Positions 20,436 to 40,949 of a stretch of DNA of 64,000 nt are shown one piece after another (the first letter of the stretch is position 1; the number at the start of each line of letters is the position of its first letter). The stretch comes from the human T2T-CHM13v2.0 reference genome, Homo sapiens. A program made the position numbers and the translations under genes. The notes under the pieces are model-generated. The model saw only the letters and a list, made by a program, of their open reading frames with translations. It was not told where the DNA came from and searched no databases. Where the stretch lies: the NCBI RefSeq assembly GCF_009914755.1, contig NC_060947.1; one strand, written 5' to 3'.

Positions 20436-21153
20436 ATTTCTTAAACTCCTTCAAAATAAATCAAAAGCCCAAACTTCTTCCCCAAACAGCAGCTTACTCT
20501 ATTTCTCCCCAAGTGTACTCCAGAATACAAAAAAAGGCAGGACAGATCTTGTTCTAAAAGTACACTGTGCTTCTCTCTGACCTCGCTCAGAAAATTCCAC
20601 AGCAAGGGCCTGCTGGTACTCGTTTCATTCCCAGCAATACGGAGATGTAATGAAACAGGAGATACATATATGGCATGGAACAAACACTGATGTCTTTTTA
20701 ACCAAAAACAATCTGTAGATAGACTAAATAGGATCCTGGCTACCTTTTTGGTCAAGGTTATTTGTTTTGAGCAAGATGGTTTGCCTTGAATAAAGCTACC
20801 AGTGGCCAATAGTAAATGATAAATTTTTTAAATTATCCACAAGAAATTATAATATCTACAATTCCCAGCAAGAATCTAAGCTTAACCAAACCTTTCCTGT
20901 GTTGAGGGTATCTACAGTTAACACATTGTTTTATAAAAATTTATTTAATAAAATATATGGTTCTAAAGAAACAAGCAAAATGTGGATGCTACCAAGTCTC
21001 TGCTTCCCCAGTGTTAACCTGCTAAACTCCTGCACATTATAACATAAATAGGGCTTGAATTCCATTCAAGAAGCTTTGGCTTATTTTTCACAAAACCTAA
21101 CCTGTGCCTTGTATACAGTAGGCTTACAATAAAATATGGCCTCTTAATAACAG

Positions 21154-21645
21154 TGTTGGGGCTCAGAAGCAGATATCCCAAAATATGGCACTTTGACGTA
21201 CTGAACTGAAGAAGCCTCAAGGTCTCTCTGACCTTCCCCCTCCTCCCCCTACCAATGTCTCTCCCAAAGCAGGACGAAGTTGAAGTTCCTTTATGTGCCT
21301 AAAGTCCAGACCCACCAAAAGGAACATTTATTTTTTTCTTCCCCTCCTTGTAAGACCAGGAATGTAACCACACCTGAAAGACCCGTTCACAAGATAGTAT
21401 ACAAGTTATCTTGTCCACTTATTCTCCCTAGTGATCCTCTCAACAGAATTCCTCTTCTTCCCCCGTCTTATAACTTATTTTGCCAGGATGGTATATAAAG
21501 CCTCTGAACCCTGTTGGAGGTAGGTAGTCACTCATGGTTCTCCCTGTATAAACGTGAATAAAATGTGTATGCCTTTTCTCTAATTAATCTGTCTTTTGTG
21601 AGTTCACTTTTCAGCAAAACTTCAGAGGGCAAAGGGGAAGTTTCA
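21154..21645 (+). mobile_element. ERV1-class solo LTR (MER39/MER34-like)
   Basis: tgttggggctcagaa..cccaaaatatggcactttgac..; TATA box (gtatataaag) and AATAAA. Confidence 0.7.
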
Positions 21646-22267
21646 CTGAGTTCTGACTCTGTACCAGGTACGAGTAACAGTGCTTCTCAAGTTAAATACT
21701 GATATTTTCAGACTGTAATTTGTAAACTGATTTTGAAACTGTAATTTGACTATTAAATGTTTCTGTTGATAGGAGGATCCAGTGGCTGAATTTATACATC
21801 TGGACACTACATTTGTAAGGCAAGCATTTGATTTCTGTCCCAGTACTCACTCACATGGGCCACACACTGAAATCTCAGTTCATTGCTCCCCAGGCTGTGT
21901 GACTGATCAATCTGAGACCAGCTTCCACCCAGTTCTCTCTTGCTGGCCTAGCTCGCAGTTCCCACAGCCTCCCAGCCAGTGAAAAGAAGGCTGGCCTCAT
22001 AGTGACAGAATGAAGGCAGATGACTTGGAAGGGTGTTCGAGGGCTCAAACACACTATTTGTCCATCCCTGGTTTGTTGGATGAATTCCTGCAGTTGTGCC
22101 ACATCCACCAATTCATCCGGTTTGGGAGCTAATTAAGGAGAATTTAGAGCTAACCTGCTAATATCAGAAGAGGGGAGGGAGGGAAGGGGAAAAGACAAAA
22201 ATGGAACAGAGACGGAAAAAAGGGTGGTGGCTTATATTATAATTTAGAGAGGAAGAAAGTCACCATT

Positions 22268-22748
<481 letters not shown>

Positions 22749-23373
22749 CTAAATCCACTGAACTGAACGCTTTAAAGGGGTGAATTGTATGACGTATTAA
22801 AAAAAGAAAGAAAAGAAAACTGGCCATGTATCTGAAAACCACAATAAAACCATGTCCAAAGCACAAAATATTAAAACCACAACTAAAGGATGAGAACAAG
22901 TGAAAACCAGAGCACCCTGGTATATGTATAAATGGCTTGTAATAACAAAAGCAGAGGAGTTGTATTCCTTGTTCCAAAGCAGAGCAATATGAATCTGAAA
23001 ATCAAATATTTAAGGCATTTATTATAAACAACTTGCTTTATGTTTGGAAATGCAAGTAGCTTCAGAATTTAGGACCAGAACCAGAGAAGGAACAGAAGTA
23101 GTTCCCTGCTAGGGAAGGGCATGTGACAAAGCTTATAGCACATGAACACCTGTCTGCTCCTATAGAAGCAGGCTTCCAGAGCATTGCTGGGGAGTCTGAC
23201 CCATTTGTGAGGTTCTTCAACATCCCGTTCCATAAAACAAGGCCTCACGAGTAGCTGAAAATATGTCAGGTAGCAGGGGAGCCTTTCTAAACTTCAGGTC
23301 AGAAAGCCTCGCAGTGGGCAGAGGATTGTTGCTAAAGATTATGAGACGTTTCAAGGAATTGGTAATAAAAAAA

Positions 23374-23738
<365 letters not shown>

Positions 23739-24136
23739 CAAATATCCTGTTTTAAGAGTATTATACATAATCCTGAAAGCTCCCTTCCTTGCACCCAAGC
23801 CACTTTCTAGATTCTCCCTCTCCCTTTAGTCCTAAGAGGCTATAAAAATCAGTGACTAGGCCGGGCACAGTAGCTCACGCCTGTTTTCCCAGGCAGTGCA
23901 GTGAGCCAAGATCATACCACTGCATTCCAGCCTGGGCAACAGAGTGAGACTCTGTCTAAAAAAAAAAAAAATCAGTGACTAGTGGAGATGATCGCATGAC
24001 CTCGTGAATATATTTAAAACGACTGGGCTGTATGTACACTTTACAAGAATGAAATTTATGTTATTGTGAGTTATATCTCAACAATGATTTTAAGGTTTTG
24101 TTTGTTTGTTTGTTTGTTTGTTTGTTTTTCAATCAG

Positions 24137-25690
<1,554 letters not shown>

Positions 25691-28118
25691 AAATTAAGGT
25701 CCTCACCTGTAAGAATCCACACTTGCTATCTACTTCAGGGTAATTCGGCAGCACAAAAAAGACTTCAGAAAATGAATACCCTTTTTGTATTCAAATTTAA
25801 GAAGGTTAAAATATTTTAATTGCATTAGTTGATGAGATTTAAAGCTTAGACATTCAACTTGGGTCATTCAGGAGGAAAATCTAAACCACTGAAGCCTGAA
25901 TGAACATCTATCTTTCCTATTAGTAGCCTACAACTATAAGGCAACCCCCTAGACCGGCACTGTCCCATGGAATTTTTTGCAATGACAGAAGTGTTCTATA
26001 TCTGTGCCATCCAACTGGGCTATGGAGCACTTGAAATGTGGCTTAGTGCAATCAAGAAACTGAATTGTTACTTTTATTTAATTTTAATTAAGTAGCCACA
26101 CATGGAATTAGTTACCATATTATCCAGTGCAGAGTGTAAACTCTTAAACTTAAAAACTTATAGCACACCACAAGATTCTCTTGCCAAAAGCCATGTGCAG
26201 TTTCCACAGCTCCAGACAGTCAGATGACCTTCTCTTAAGCTCTGGGCCAATGTGTGGGGTGAAGCACCTAAGTAGTGTGTGCCAAAGAGGGGTGGGGCCA
26301 AAAAACAAGAGTGCTCTTTTCTTCTTCTATGTCTGTGGAAAAATACTAACTGCACAAAGTGGGAAGAGAAAGCTCACCTAGGACAGTGAGAACTAGGACC
26401 TAGGATAAGAGACTTTGACATACTTATAGGAAGAGAAAAATGAACGCTACTGTCAGTGTTGCATTAGGCAACGAATAAAAAGGAATGCTACTGGCTGGAC
26501 AGCCTCCTGAATAGGGCATCACTGGATACTTCAAGAATTTCAATCATAAATTAAGCACTAGGTGGGAGAAAAAGAAATGTCATTTCTATGCAGAAACTGA
26601 AGAACGTGGCCAAAGATAGAGGCCACTTCCAGGTGGGAAGTGCTGTCCTGCTAACCATGGGCCACCAAAGTATAAGTGACTGTCCCTCCCAAAAAAATCA
26701 CTTGCCTTTGGGACTCATAAATGCACAAAAACTGACCCCAGCTCTCAGCCAGAATGAACTGTTCATCTATAGCCTTATGGTCCATTTTTCTATTTTCATT
26801 TATGGTACTTATCAATGCTCAACTTGGATTACAGTAAGTTAGAGACAACCTATCTCACTAGGTTACTAGTTCCCTGGAAGGCAAAGACCATACATAAATA
26901 TATCAATATGACTATATTGATATAAGTGTACACTATAACAAAAAATCTTTTTTATGTCCACAGACATCCAGCCTAGGTCCTCGTACTGGCTACACGGATG
27001 ATAAGCTCCCCTCCTACTTAACAGAGTACTACCTCTGTGCAAGACACTGCACTACAAACACTTTCCATGCAACACTTCACAATCCTCCTGTCAACCCCAT
27101 GAAGTATTTCAGATATGTTCCCATTTCACAGGTAAAGAAGAGGCCAAGAAACTAACCTGTGGCCAGGTCCTATAGCTAGTTAGTGGCCAAGCCAGTAGGT
27201 GATCAGATTAAGTGGGAAATTCTTAACTGAGATGAAAGGGCTCACTATGGACAATTTGTGCAAACAGTTAGAGAAGAGAGACACCAATGTCACAGGAGTA
27301 AACTCCAAATAAAAAGTTACACCAGGAGGGTTTAAACAACTGGAAGTGGTGTAGGCCACAGAAAGGCTCTTGGTCCCCACATTTATGGAGACTTAGAAGT
27401 TCTGTGAAAAGGATGCCAAGGGGTTGTCCGCTCTCTACACGGTGGGGGGGGGAGCGGGTAGCAAGAGGAGACATGTTTCTATCAACATAAAGAGCTTCCT
27501 GACCCAGGAGGTGAAGGGTACCCCTCCAGCCCCAGAGAATGTTGAGCGGAGATCCAGTGCCTGTCCTGGAAAAAGTGAACACCCATCTGATTACAGAGGA
27601 CAGCTCACCCCATATTCTTTCTCGAGATCACCTCCAGACCTGGATGGCAGCGAGTAAAGAGGGAGTCCAAATCCCAGGGGGACAGTTCTCAGCATGAATG
27701 CTGCCACCTGACATTTTCCACATCTCAAACACAGCAGGCAGAGATAAGTGGATGTCTAAGAAGTCAGCAGCACTCCATAAACACACGGCCACAGTTTGGT
27801 TCAGGCTGTCCCAACCCTCATGGTGTGTGTGCCATCCACACTACTCAAGGTCCAGGTGTGACCCACTCTGGCACAGCCAGCTTGTTTCAGATCAGCCTGT
27901 GAACCACACATGTACTTATTAAATTACTAAAGCTGTGACACTGTCAGTACATTTTTAAACAGGGACCAATAACTCTGGCACAGGCCTGTCACAGTACCTC
28001 CTATCCTGAGATAATGCTTTTCTTCAAAGACCGACTCCCTTTTGATCCAAATACCAACCAGCCAGGTTTTGGTTGACCTTGTGAGGGCCAAGGAAGTCCT
28101 CTGCCACACTGCAAGTTT

Positions 28119-28121
<3 letters not shown>

Positions 28122-28152
<31 letters not shown>
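28122..28152. repeat. (CT)n microsatellite
   Basis: ~15 CT units. Confidence 0.95.
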
Positions 28153-28154
<2 letters not shown>

Positions 28155-29279
28155 GTCACAGCAATGCCAAGCTGCAGGAATGCTGCTAACACCTCGGCAG
28201 CCTAGAAAGGTAAGAATGAAGCCTAGAAACCTTACAGCCCTCATGAAACCAGGTGTGTGCCCAGCAAAGTAAACTAGGGAATGAAACAGAACCCAGAAAG
28301 TGCTTATTTGCATCAGGATGCTCCCGAAAGAAGCCATCATCCTGTCTGCCTTTTATCTAATACTAATCCCACCTTCCGAGATTCTTTTCTAGTACGAAGA
28401 CATCTGTGCCCACCATCCTGTGTCCAGGGGCATTGGAAATTCATCTCTACTCTGGCTTCACTTTCTGCAGACATTCCAACCTCAAGTTTCCAAGGTGGGT
28501 TTAAGTCTACACACATGACAGACATTCCCTGAGATCAAGAAAGCATTACTTACCTTGGAGTCTTTCCTTCTGTAAGTAAGAAGCTGCAGTATGTTGCTAC
28601 ATGAGCAGAGTCCAAGGAAAAGGAAAACCTGAGTCCCTGCAAAGGGTCCAAGATCAGACTCCCCAGTAGCCAGCTGGAACTGTATTTTCCTCTCATTTAC
28701 ATATACAGTGAAGTCATTTCCAACCAACACCCATAGGAGTCAAGGCCCAAATTTCCTTCTAGGGCATTACTCACTTATAGATTAACTATCTTGGGAAAGA
28801 CAACAGTGTGCAGAAGGTGGAAGCCAGGTTCTTTGCTCTACTCCTATTTTTATTTGAGGGAAATCCTACTTCCCTCAGATCCTGGGGGCTGAGCAGAGTT
28901 GAGACTGGAAGCATGGGCTTTCATTTATATCTTCAGCTCTGCTTCCCTGCTCTGCTGAAAACTGCCCTCAGTCAGTTCTTCGCATCCAAGGACCTTTTAT
29001 TAAATCAACTACTATATAGCCTGCTCATGAAGTGGTGCTTAGTTTGGCTAAGACAGAGGAATGTAAATACATATTCATAATATAATGCTTATAAGTTGCA
29101 ATAAAGCTATCACTGGAGCAAAGGAGGATGCACTGCCTGGGGTGGCAGCCTTGGACTTGCCCCTACATCTCCACCAGTATAGCTACAATTCAAAAGACTG
29201 ACCATACCAAGTACTGACAAAGATGGAGAGGAACTAGAACTCTCATGCACTGTGGTGGGAATACAAAATGGTACAGCCA

Positions 29280-30103
<824 letters not shown>

Positions 30104-30161
30104 AGCCACTTTGGAAAATGGTTTGGCAATATCCGCTAATGCTGAAGACATGCCTATCCTA

Positions 30162-30418
30162 TCACAGAATGGAACCTGTGTTTTGATTTACCATGTTGGA
30201 AACACTCTTTTTGTAGAATCTACGAGGTGACATTTCTGAGCCCATTGAGGCCTATAAGAAAAAATCGAATATCAAGCGATAAAAACTAGAAACAAGCTAA
30301 CTGTGAAAATGCTTTGTGATGTATCATTTTATCTCGCAGAATGGAACTTGTGTTTTGATTCAGGAGGTTACAAACACTCTTTATATAGAATCTATGAAGT
30401 GACATTTCAGATCCCATT
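30162..30418 (+). repeat. Alpha-satellite (alphoid) fragment, ~1.5 monomers, 172-bp period
   Basis: cagaatggaac at 30165 and 30337; aaacactctt at 30200 and 30372. Alphoid hallmarks ggaaacactctttttgtagaatct, tgaggcctat, ataaaaactaga and ctttgtgatgt. Confidence 0.88.
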
Positions 30419-33177
30419 CCACTTCTAGGTATGTACCCAACAGAAATGTATGGGCATCAAGGTATCTGCACAAGCATAACGCTCATAAAAGTTTTAGTCA
30501 AAAGAATAAAAAGCTGGAAAAAAACAATGTCCATCCAGCAAGAGAATTGATAAAACAAATTGTGATACAGTCACACAAAGTACTACTACTCAGAAATAAA
30601 AAGAAATGAACCACTGGTACCTGTGACAACATAGGTGAATCTTGCAGACATAATGTCAAGTGAAAAGAAAACAAAAAGAGACACAAAGAAGGATATACTT
30701 GATGAAAAAGTTCTGGAGATGGATTGTGGTGGTGGCTGCACAACAACATGAATGTACTTAATGCCACTGAACTGTACACTTCAAAATTGCTAAAACAGTA
30801 AATTTTATGTTACATATATTTTATCACAATAAAAAAGTATCTCCTAAATGAATCTATTTTAATACAATTTAAAAATAAGCAAAGCAAATCTATAGTGAAA
30901 AGAGGTGAGAACAGTGGTTACCTTTGAGAGAAGTATTGACTAGGAGGAGGCATGAAGGAGCCTTCTGGGTACTGAAAGTATTTAACATCTTGATCTGGGT
31001 GTGGGTTACATGGTTGTATACATAATCAGACTGTGCACTTAAGATTTGTGTACTTTAGTTTCCAAGTGCCAGTCCCAGTTTTATTTGCACATGGTTTATC
31101 TGCATTTTCATAATCAATGCTGTAATGGAAAATGAATAAGAAGGGAAAAAACCATCAAAAGTGTGTGTGGTTGGGGAAGGCTTCAGAGAGGAGGTGAGGT
31201 GTGAGCCAAGTACTGAAAGATGAACAGGGTAGACAGGAATGAAGATGGCAGACACAGAGAGGAAAAGAATTCCAGGTGAAGAGAACAGCATGTACACAAG
31301 CAGTCACGTGCAAAGTGTGCTGAACATTCTGAGCGGGAGTGGTTACAGGCCAGAGAGATGGGGGTGGAGGGGTAAATTGGAGCCCCATTCCAACATGCCT
31401 GAAAACTCCAACAGCAGTTTAGAATATACTCTTTAAGAAGTGCTAGGCAAGTGTCAGAGGAGATTAAAGCAAGAGAATGACATGAAGGATCCATGACAGG
31501 GACGGTGACCTGGACGGACGGACAGAGATCCCTAAGGTTCTTCTGATACTGGTGAGGCTCTAGATGACAGAGTCTGACCCAAAGCACTGGCCATGGGGAT
31601 GCGGTCATGAGAGATAAAGAAGGCAGAACCCTCGGGTTTGGCTGTAATGGGCGGGGTGGGGGGGAGTCGTTCTAAGCTATGTGGCTGGTGATCCCACTAA
31701 TGAGAAGGGTAGATAGCAGCCATATGCTTCCCTCTGCTTCCTAGGCCAGCTGTGGAGGATCACAGCATCACAGAGTTGGAACGCACCAGTAAGATCACCT
31801 TGTGTACAATCTCATTGTACAGACAAGCAACTGAGTTCTAGGGGCCAATGTCTGAGGCCGCAGTTTGTAAGGAGCAAGCTAGAATGAAAGAGCTGAGACT
31901 TATCCATTTTACTGAGTACTTGCTAGAGAACAGGGAACACGATTAACTCAGCAAAGGCATCCAATGCCCCCACCAACCTCACTTCCTGCCACGGGGTTCT
32001 CTGGCCTAGGGTGTGGTTGAGGTCCCTGCCAACCTTTTGCTGGAAAAGCTCTGCCCACAGCTCACCCAAATCCTGCATAGCTAGCTACTGGTTTTATCTA
32101 ATGGTTTGGTAATGGCTTGTAAGTCAATCTGGTTTCTCCAACCAAGTTGTGAAACTAAAGACCCTGGCTCCAGTTTTTACTCTTCAGTTGTGCCAAGTTG
32201 AAAAGCTGAGACAGGACAGAGAGGATTGGCTGACTGTGGGCACTCCAGGGCCACCACGGAGCCAGGAACAAGTCTTGTCTACCAGTTCGATCACTGTCCT
32301 ACAGACCTGATACAGTGTCAAGGAGCTAACTGCTGGTTCTGTTCTTGGTGGCCTACCAGCATCTGAGAGTGGTTGAATGACAAGTGCCAAATATCAAAGC
32401 CTGTACAGGAGAAACCAAGAGTAGGTGGGTTTGAAGTAACTTTGTTTGAGATCTGAAACTCCTTCCTCATTCCTGATCCTAATCTGTCGAGGTTAGTCAA
32501 CAGCTAGTTAATTGTACAGTCCAATACAGAAGCTACTACTATATGTGCTGATATAAATTCAATTTTTTTAAATTTAGAAACAATTAAAAACTCAGGTCTT
32601 CAATGCTCAACAGCCACATGTGGCTAGTGGCCATCATATGGAACAGTTCAGACCTAGAACATTTCCAACATCACAGAAAGTTCTACTGGACAGTGTTGTA
32701 CCTTGCATGTCTTATCTCTGCTTGAATTAAGAGCCATTTGCTCTGATATAATCTTTACATGCCAAAGTGTAAATAATCCTTTTGATTTTTAAGCAGTAAA
32801 GATAAAACTATGTACCACAAAGGACATTCAACACTCCCCAGTAGAAAGGCACTGAGAACCCTTGGGCCTCTTGGTTGAAACAGAGAAACTAAAACACAAC
32901 TAAGAGAAATTAAAGTTGAACAGGGTATAGTGAAACAGTCCATTTTCCTCACTTAATTGTTCTTCTATAAAAAGGGTTAATCTCATCCCAGAAGATTAGG
33001 GATATGTGGAGCTCAATGGACTATTAATAAGAAGCAATTATTCTTCAGAAAAAAATTTGTGACTGGCAAAAGTAAAATCAAGTGAAGTGGAAATTTAGGT
33101 GGGTGAGGAGAGGAAAAAGGGAGAGCAGGAACATGTTTTGCAGTAAGAAAATGGCAATTAAAATGCATAATTTTTAA

Positions 33178-33517
<340 letters not shown>

Positions 33518-34726
33518 TAGACATAACTACAACTGCTTAAAAATATTGATTATCTAGCTAATGAAAATGATCAATGCTAAATTTTATTCATAACACGTAT
33601 CTCCACCAGGGGAAAAATTACCCAGGTACAAGGAAAGCTTCCACTGAAGGCTGTCACAGTATTTCACCACCCACTGTCACCCCTGACTGGTGATCAAGAA
33701 AACTAAACAAATACAATTAATAGGGTAGAAAAGAGCAACACCTGCTAAGAGGTGATGCTATCCCCATGAACAATACACTTTCCCTCTGGTAAATGTAGTG
33801 CTGAAAACGCGCTAGGTATTGAAGGAAGAGAACATACAGGAATCCCATGGGGGGCTGTTTTTAAGAATAAGCACATCAGCAGAATTCGGTTTTGCCCAGT
33901 TTACGATTCAGACGGTTACTTCAAGTTAATAGCACATATTAAGGTGTTGTTCTGAAACAGGGACATAGAGCACTGCTTAATAAAGGGCTGCAGGTGCCTG
34001 GTGAGACTCCAGCTGCGAGGTCATTTCCTGCCCTCCCTCCCTCCTTCCAGAAAAGATTAAGATTGCTTATATAAAATACAGTAGAAATAAATACAGAAAG
34101 TAGGAGAGAAAGAGAAAAACAAGGGTAGGGATAAAAAATGGAGCTGAAAAGGACGTTAATCCCATACATCTACCACAGCAACCAGAGTACCACACTGGTT
34201 GAGTTGCTAAACCAAGAGTCAACTCTGAAGGAATCAGTGACCAACGGTGAAGACAGACCAACTGCTCAGGAAGGAGACAAGCTGGTCTGGGAAGGGGTTC
34301 ATCCTGCAGGCCCTGAAGCAGGTGCTGGGTAATCAGTCCACTAAGGCCATCTGTAACTAATGGCAGCTCTTTCACATCAAACCTAGAAAGATGGAGGCAG
34401 AACCAGCCCAGATACACTGGAACTTCCCTGTTTAATGGTGTAGTTCCCAGAGTTAGGGCATCTGTCCTAACAGTCAATCAGTACCTATTGGTCAGAATCA
34501 GCAAGTGGCTTCTGTGGACAAGGCACTAGGAAGACATGACACCAGCTGGGGAAGATGACCAGATCGAATCTCACAGAGCCCATTGAATCCCGACTCAGCA
34601 GACCCTACCCAGCAGCAGGGATTCCTGACCCCGACCCCAACACCAAACCCAGGAGATCCTAAGCTGGCTAATACAGCTCTCTCCTCCCACAGTTATGGTT
34701 CCATGTTTTTTCAATACCATGCTTTC

Positions 34727-35064
34727 TGTCTTAGTCTGTTTTCAGTGGCTATAACAGAATACCACAGACTGGGTAACTTATAACAAACAAATTTACTTGG
34801 CTCACAATTCTGGATGCTGGTGGTGTCAGCATCTGCTTGGCATCTGGTGAGGGCCTTCTTCTTGCATCAAAACATGGCAAAAGGGCAAGCAAGCCCATGA
34901 TACAGAGAGAGCAAATGGGGGCCAAACCGAATCCACTATCAACAATAATCCACTCATGAGGGCAGAGCCCCATGGCCTACTCACTTCTTAAAGGTCCCAT
35001 CTCTTAATGCCATCACAATGGCAATTTTGACATGAGTTTTGGAATGGACATTCAAACCTTAGCA
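34727..35064 (-). mobile_element. MST-family (MaLR) solo LTR
   Basis: tgtcttagtctgttttc..ataccacagactgggtaactta..acattcaaaccttagca; near-TSD ctttc/ctttt. Confidence 0.8.
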
Positions 35065-35463
35065 CTTTTCCTCGATGACAGCTTAATAATTCCCACAAAG
35101 CCAAGTCCATCCCCTTTCCACAGTCTATCAGGTCCCCAAGACAATAATCTGTGTGAGGACCCACTAGTCACAGCCTTGGTGCACTCCCTTCACCCAGGCT
35201 GGGGAAAGCAAAATCAGGATATCCCTTCAAAAGCCTGGGGAATCCGGGCCTGCTTTGCCTGATATGGGGGAGCCCATTCCATCAAAGTGTGTTTCCATTT
35301 CCTCTACATTCATGAAGAAGAGATCCAAGCTGGACTCACTACCACAGCACACATACTGTGCTTCACGCCATACTTGACAGCACAGTCATCACACTGAATA
35401 CTTAGTCACCATGAGACTCAATGTAGACCACAAAACTCCCTGCGTGATGGAAATGCTCTAGGT

Positions 35464-36624
<1,161 letters not shown>

Positions 36625-37083
36625 ACTTCTATTATTTGGTCTTTTTATTTTTAAAATTTTTTTCCTAGACGCCAGGCCCAGTGGATAGTCTTTTTCTTTA
36701 AATTGACTTATTTTCGCTTAGTTTTTGTAGTTTTTTCACTTTTTACTCATTCTGAAAATATTCAGAAACTGTAGCATGATGTACTAGTTGTAGTTTTAAA
36801 ATAAATTGAAGAATCAACAGAACTATTAATCTAAAGTTAAAAAGATAAGTCTGTCCACATGCAATCTAAAACCCTCTTATGTACCATACCCTTTGGGAAA
36901 TACTGGCCCAGGGCAGAGCTATTCAAAGTGTGTCCTGTGGACAGGTGCCAGTCTCTCTTTTTTACGTTTTTTTTGTTTGTTTGTTTTTTTCTTCAGGAAA
37001 CCCTGAGCAGCCTAACCCTGATGGGCTGTGGGGAGGGAGCACAATCTCTTTATTATTCATTATCAATCTGCAATAAAGAATAA

Positions 37084-37425
<342 letters not shown>

Positions 37426-38115
37426 TAGAACATTTACAGCAACTGGACAGAGTATTCTGTTACTTAATGAGCTCTTTAAATCTAATATTAATCTAACCTG
37501 ATATTTAAAAATTGGGACTTGTATTTTCCATGTCTTTCATATATTTTTCTTTACTGTGTTTTACCAAGATACTGGTCAACAGCAGATTGGAAATTTACAA
37601 AAAAAAAAAAACAAAAAAACTAAAAACTGCTCCTTTACCAGAGTTAGTTTGAGACACACTAGCCTAGAGTATCAGAGAATCTTCCAGGGTCCTTCTAGAG
37701 CAATGACCACAGTTAACAGCAAGAACCTCAATCATACCCAACACAGTGTCCTAAGGCAGGAAGCCGATTAAGGGTATCTTCAGATCCTTAACAATAATTG
37801 TGGGCACAGAGAGGATGGGGGGTTCATTCCTGGTAAACTAGGAAATTCCATTAAATGGAACTTATCTTCCTCTAAGCATTTTAATAACATTTTTGCTGTA
37901 ATTCTAAGAAATGAGATCCCCATCGCCTTTGGGGAGAAAAACAACTGTGTACTAAGTAAAAGGCATACAAGATCTTTGTAAGATGTGGCTAGATAGTACT
38001 GAGCTAGATCCTCAGAGGGGTATAGCAGATGTGGGAGACACAGCTCATGCGCGAAAGGAGTTTATTATCCATCCGTGGAGGCACAGTGGCACGGGGGGTT
38101 AAAAATTCTCAGCTC

Positions 38116-38499
<384 letters not shown>

Positions 38500-38567
38500 T
38501 TAACCTTTCTTCTTTTTTTAATCTCTCACCTCTCGCTGAATACATAACCTTTCTTAATTAAAACATA

Positions 38568-39695
<1,128 letters not shown>

Positions 39696-40552
39696 CTTGC
39701 CTATTACAGTAGATATTCTCCAAAAGGGCCACTAACAATTTCTCATTTCCCAGTAGGTGCATGCTGCCCTCACATCAACAGGTGGAGTCTATTTCCTCTC
39801 CCCTTGAATCTAGGCTGGCCTTGGGACTTGCTTTGACCACTGAACACAGCAAAAATGACATTCTGGGACTTCTATGTGCAGGCCTTAAGAGAACTGGCAA
39901 CTTCTGCTTCCTTATTCAAAGCACAGCAGCCACGCTGTTAGAAAGTCCAGGACAGACTCTCTGTGATTAGGTACCTGGACAATGAGAGACCATCTTGGAC
40001 ATTTCGAGCCCAACTGAGCTCCCAGCAGACCAGCAGACTGTACCAGCATGAGGGACTCCAGGTGACCCCAAATGGAGCAGCAGAACTTCTCCAATAAGCC
40101 CAGGCAACCCCCAGAACTATGAGGGTTGGCACATAAGTGCTCAACAATTAGCGGCCATTACTGTCTGGGAAGCTAAAATGAACATGTGCAGTATATAACT
40201 GCAGACCGCTGTGTACATTACATTCAGGTTCTGAGCGCTTTGCAGGCCCTGTGGAGTGGGAATGTACAGGAGGTGAAAAGGCAAGGCTTCAGGGTAAAAG
40301 CGCGTCTTAGACCTGAAGGACAGAGTATGCAGAATATTGGTTTCTAAACCTCTAATGCATGAAGACCCACCCACAGACTTCTAGGCAATTGCAACGCGTG
40401 TCTGCACCAAAGGCTGAAGACTGTCCCGGCAGAAGTCTCGTGGTCTCTATATAGACAGATGGGTAGTTGTGAGGCCGGGGGAATGAAGAATGTCAGTGAG
40501 TATGGGGATTCTTTGTGGGGTGGTGAACATGTTCTAAAATTGATTGTGGTGA

Positions 40553-40949
<397 letters not shown>

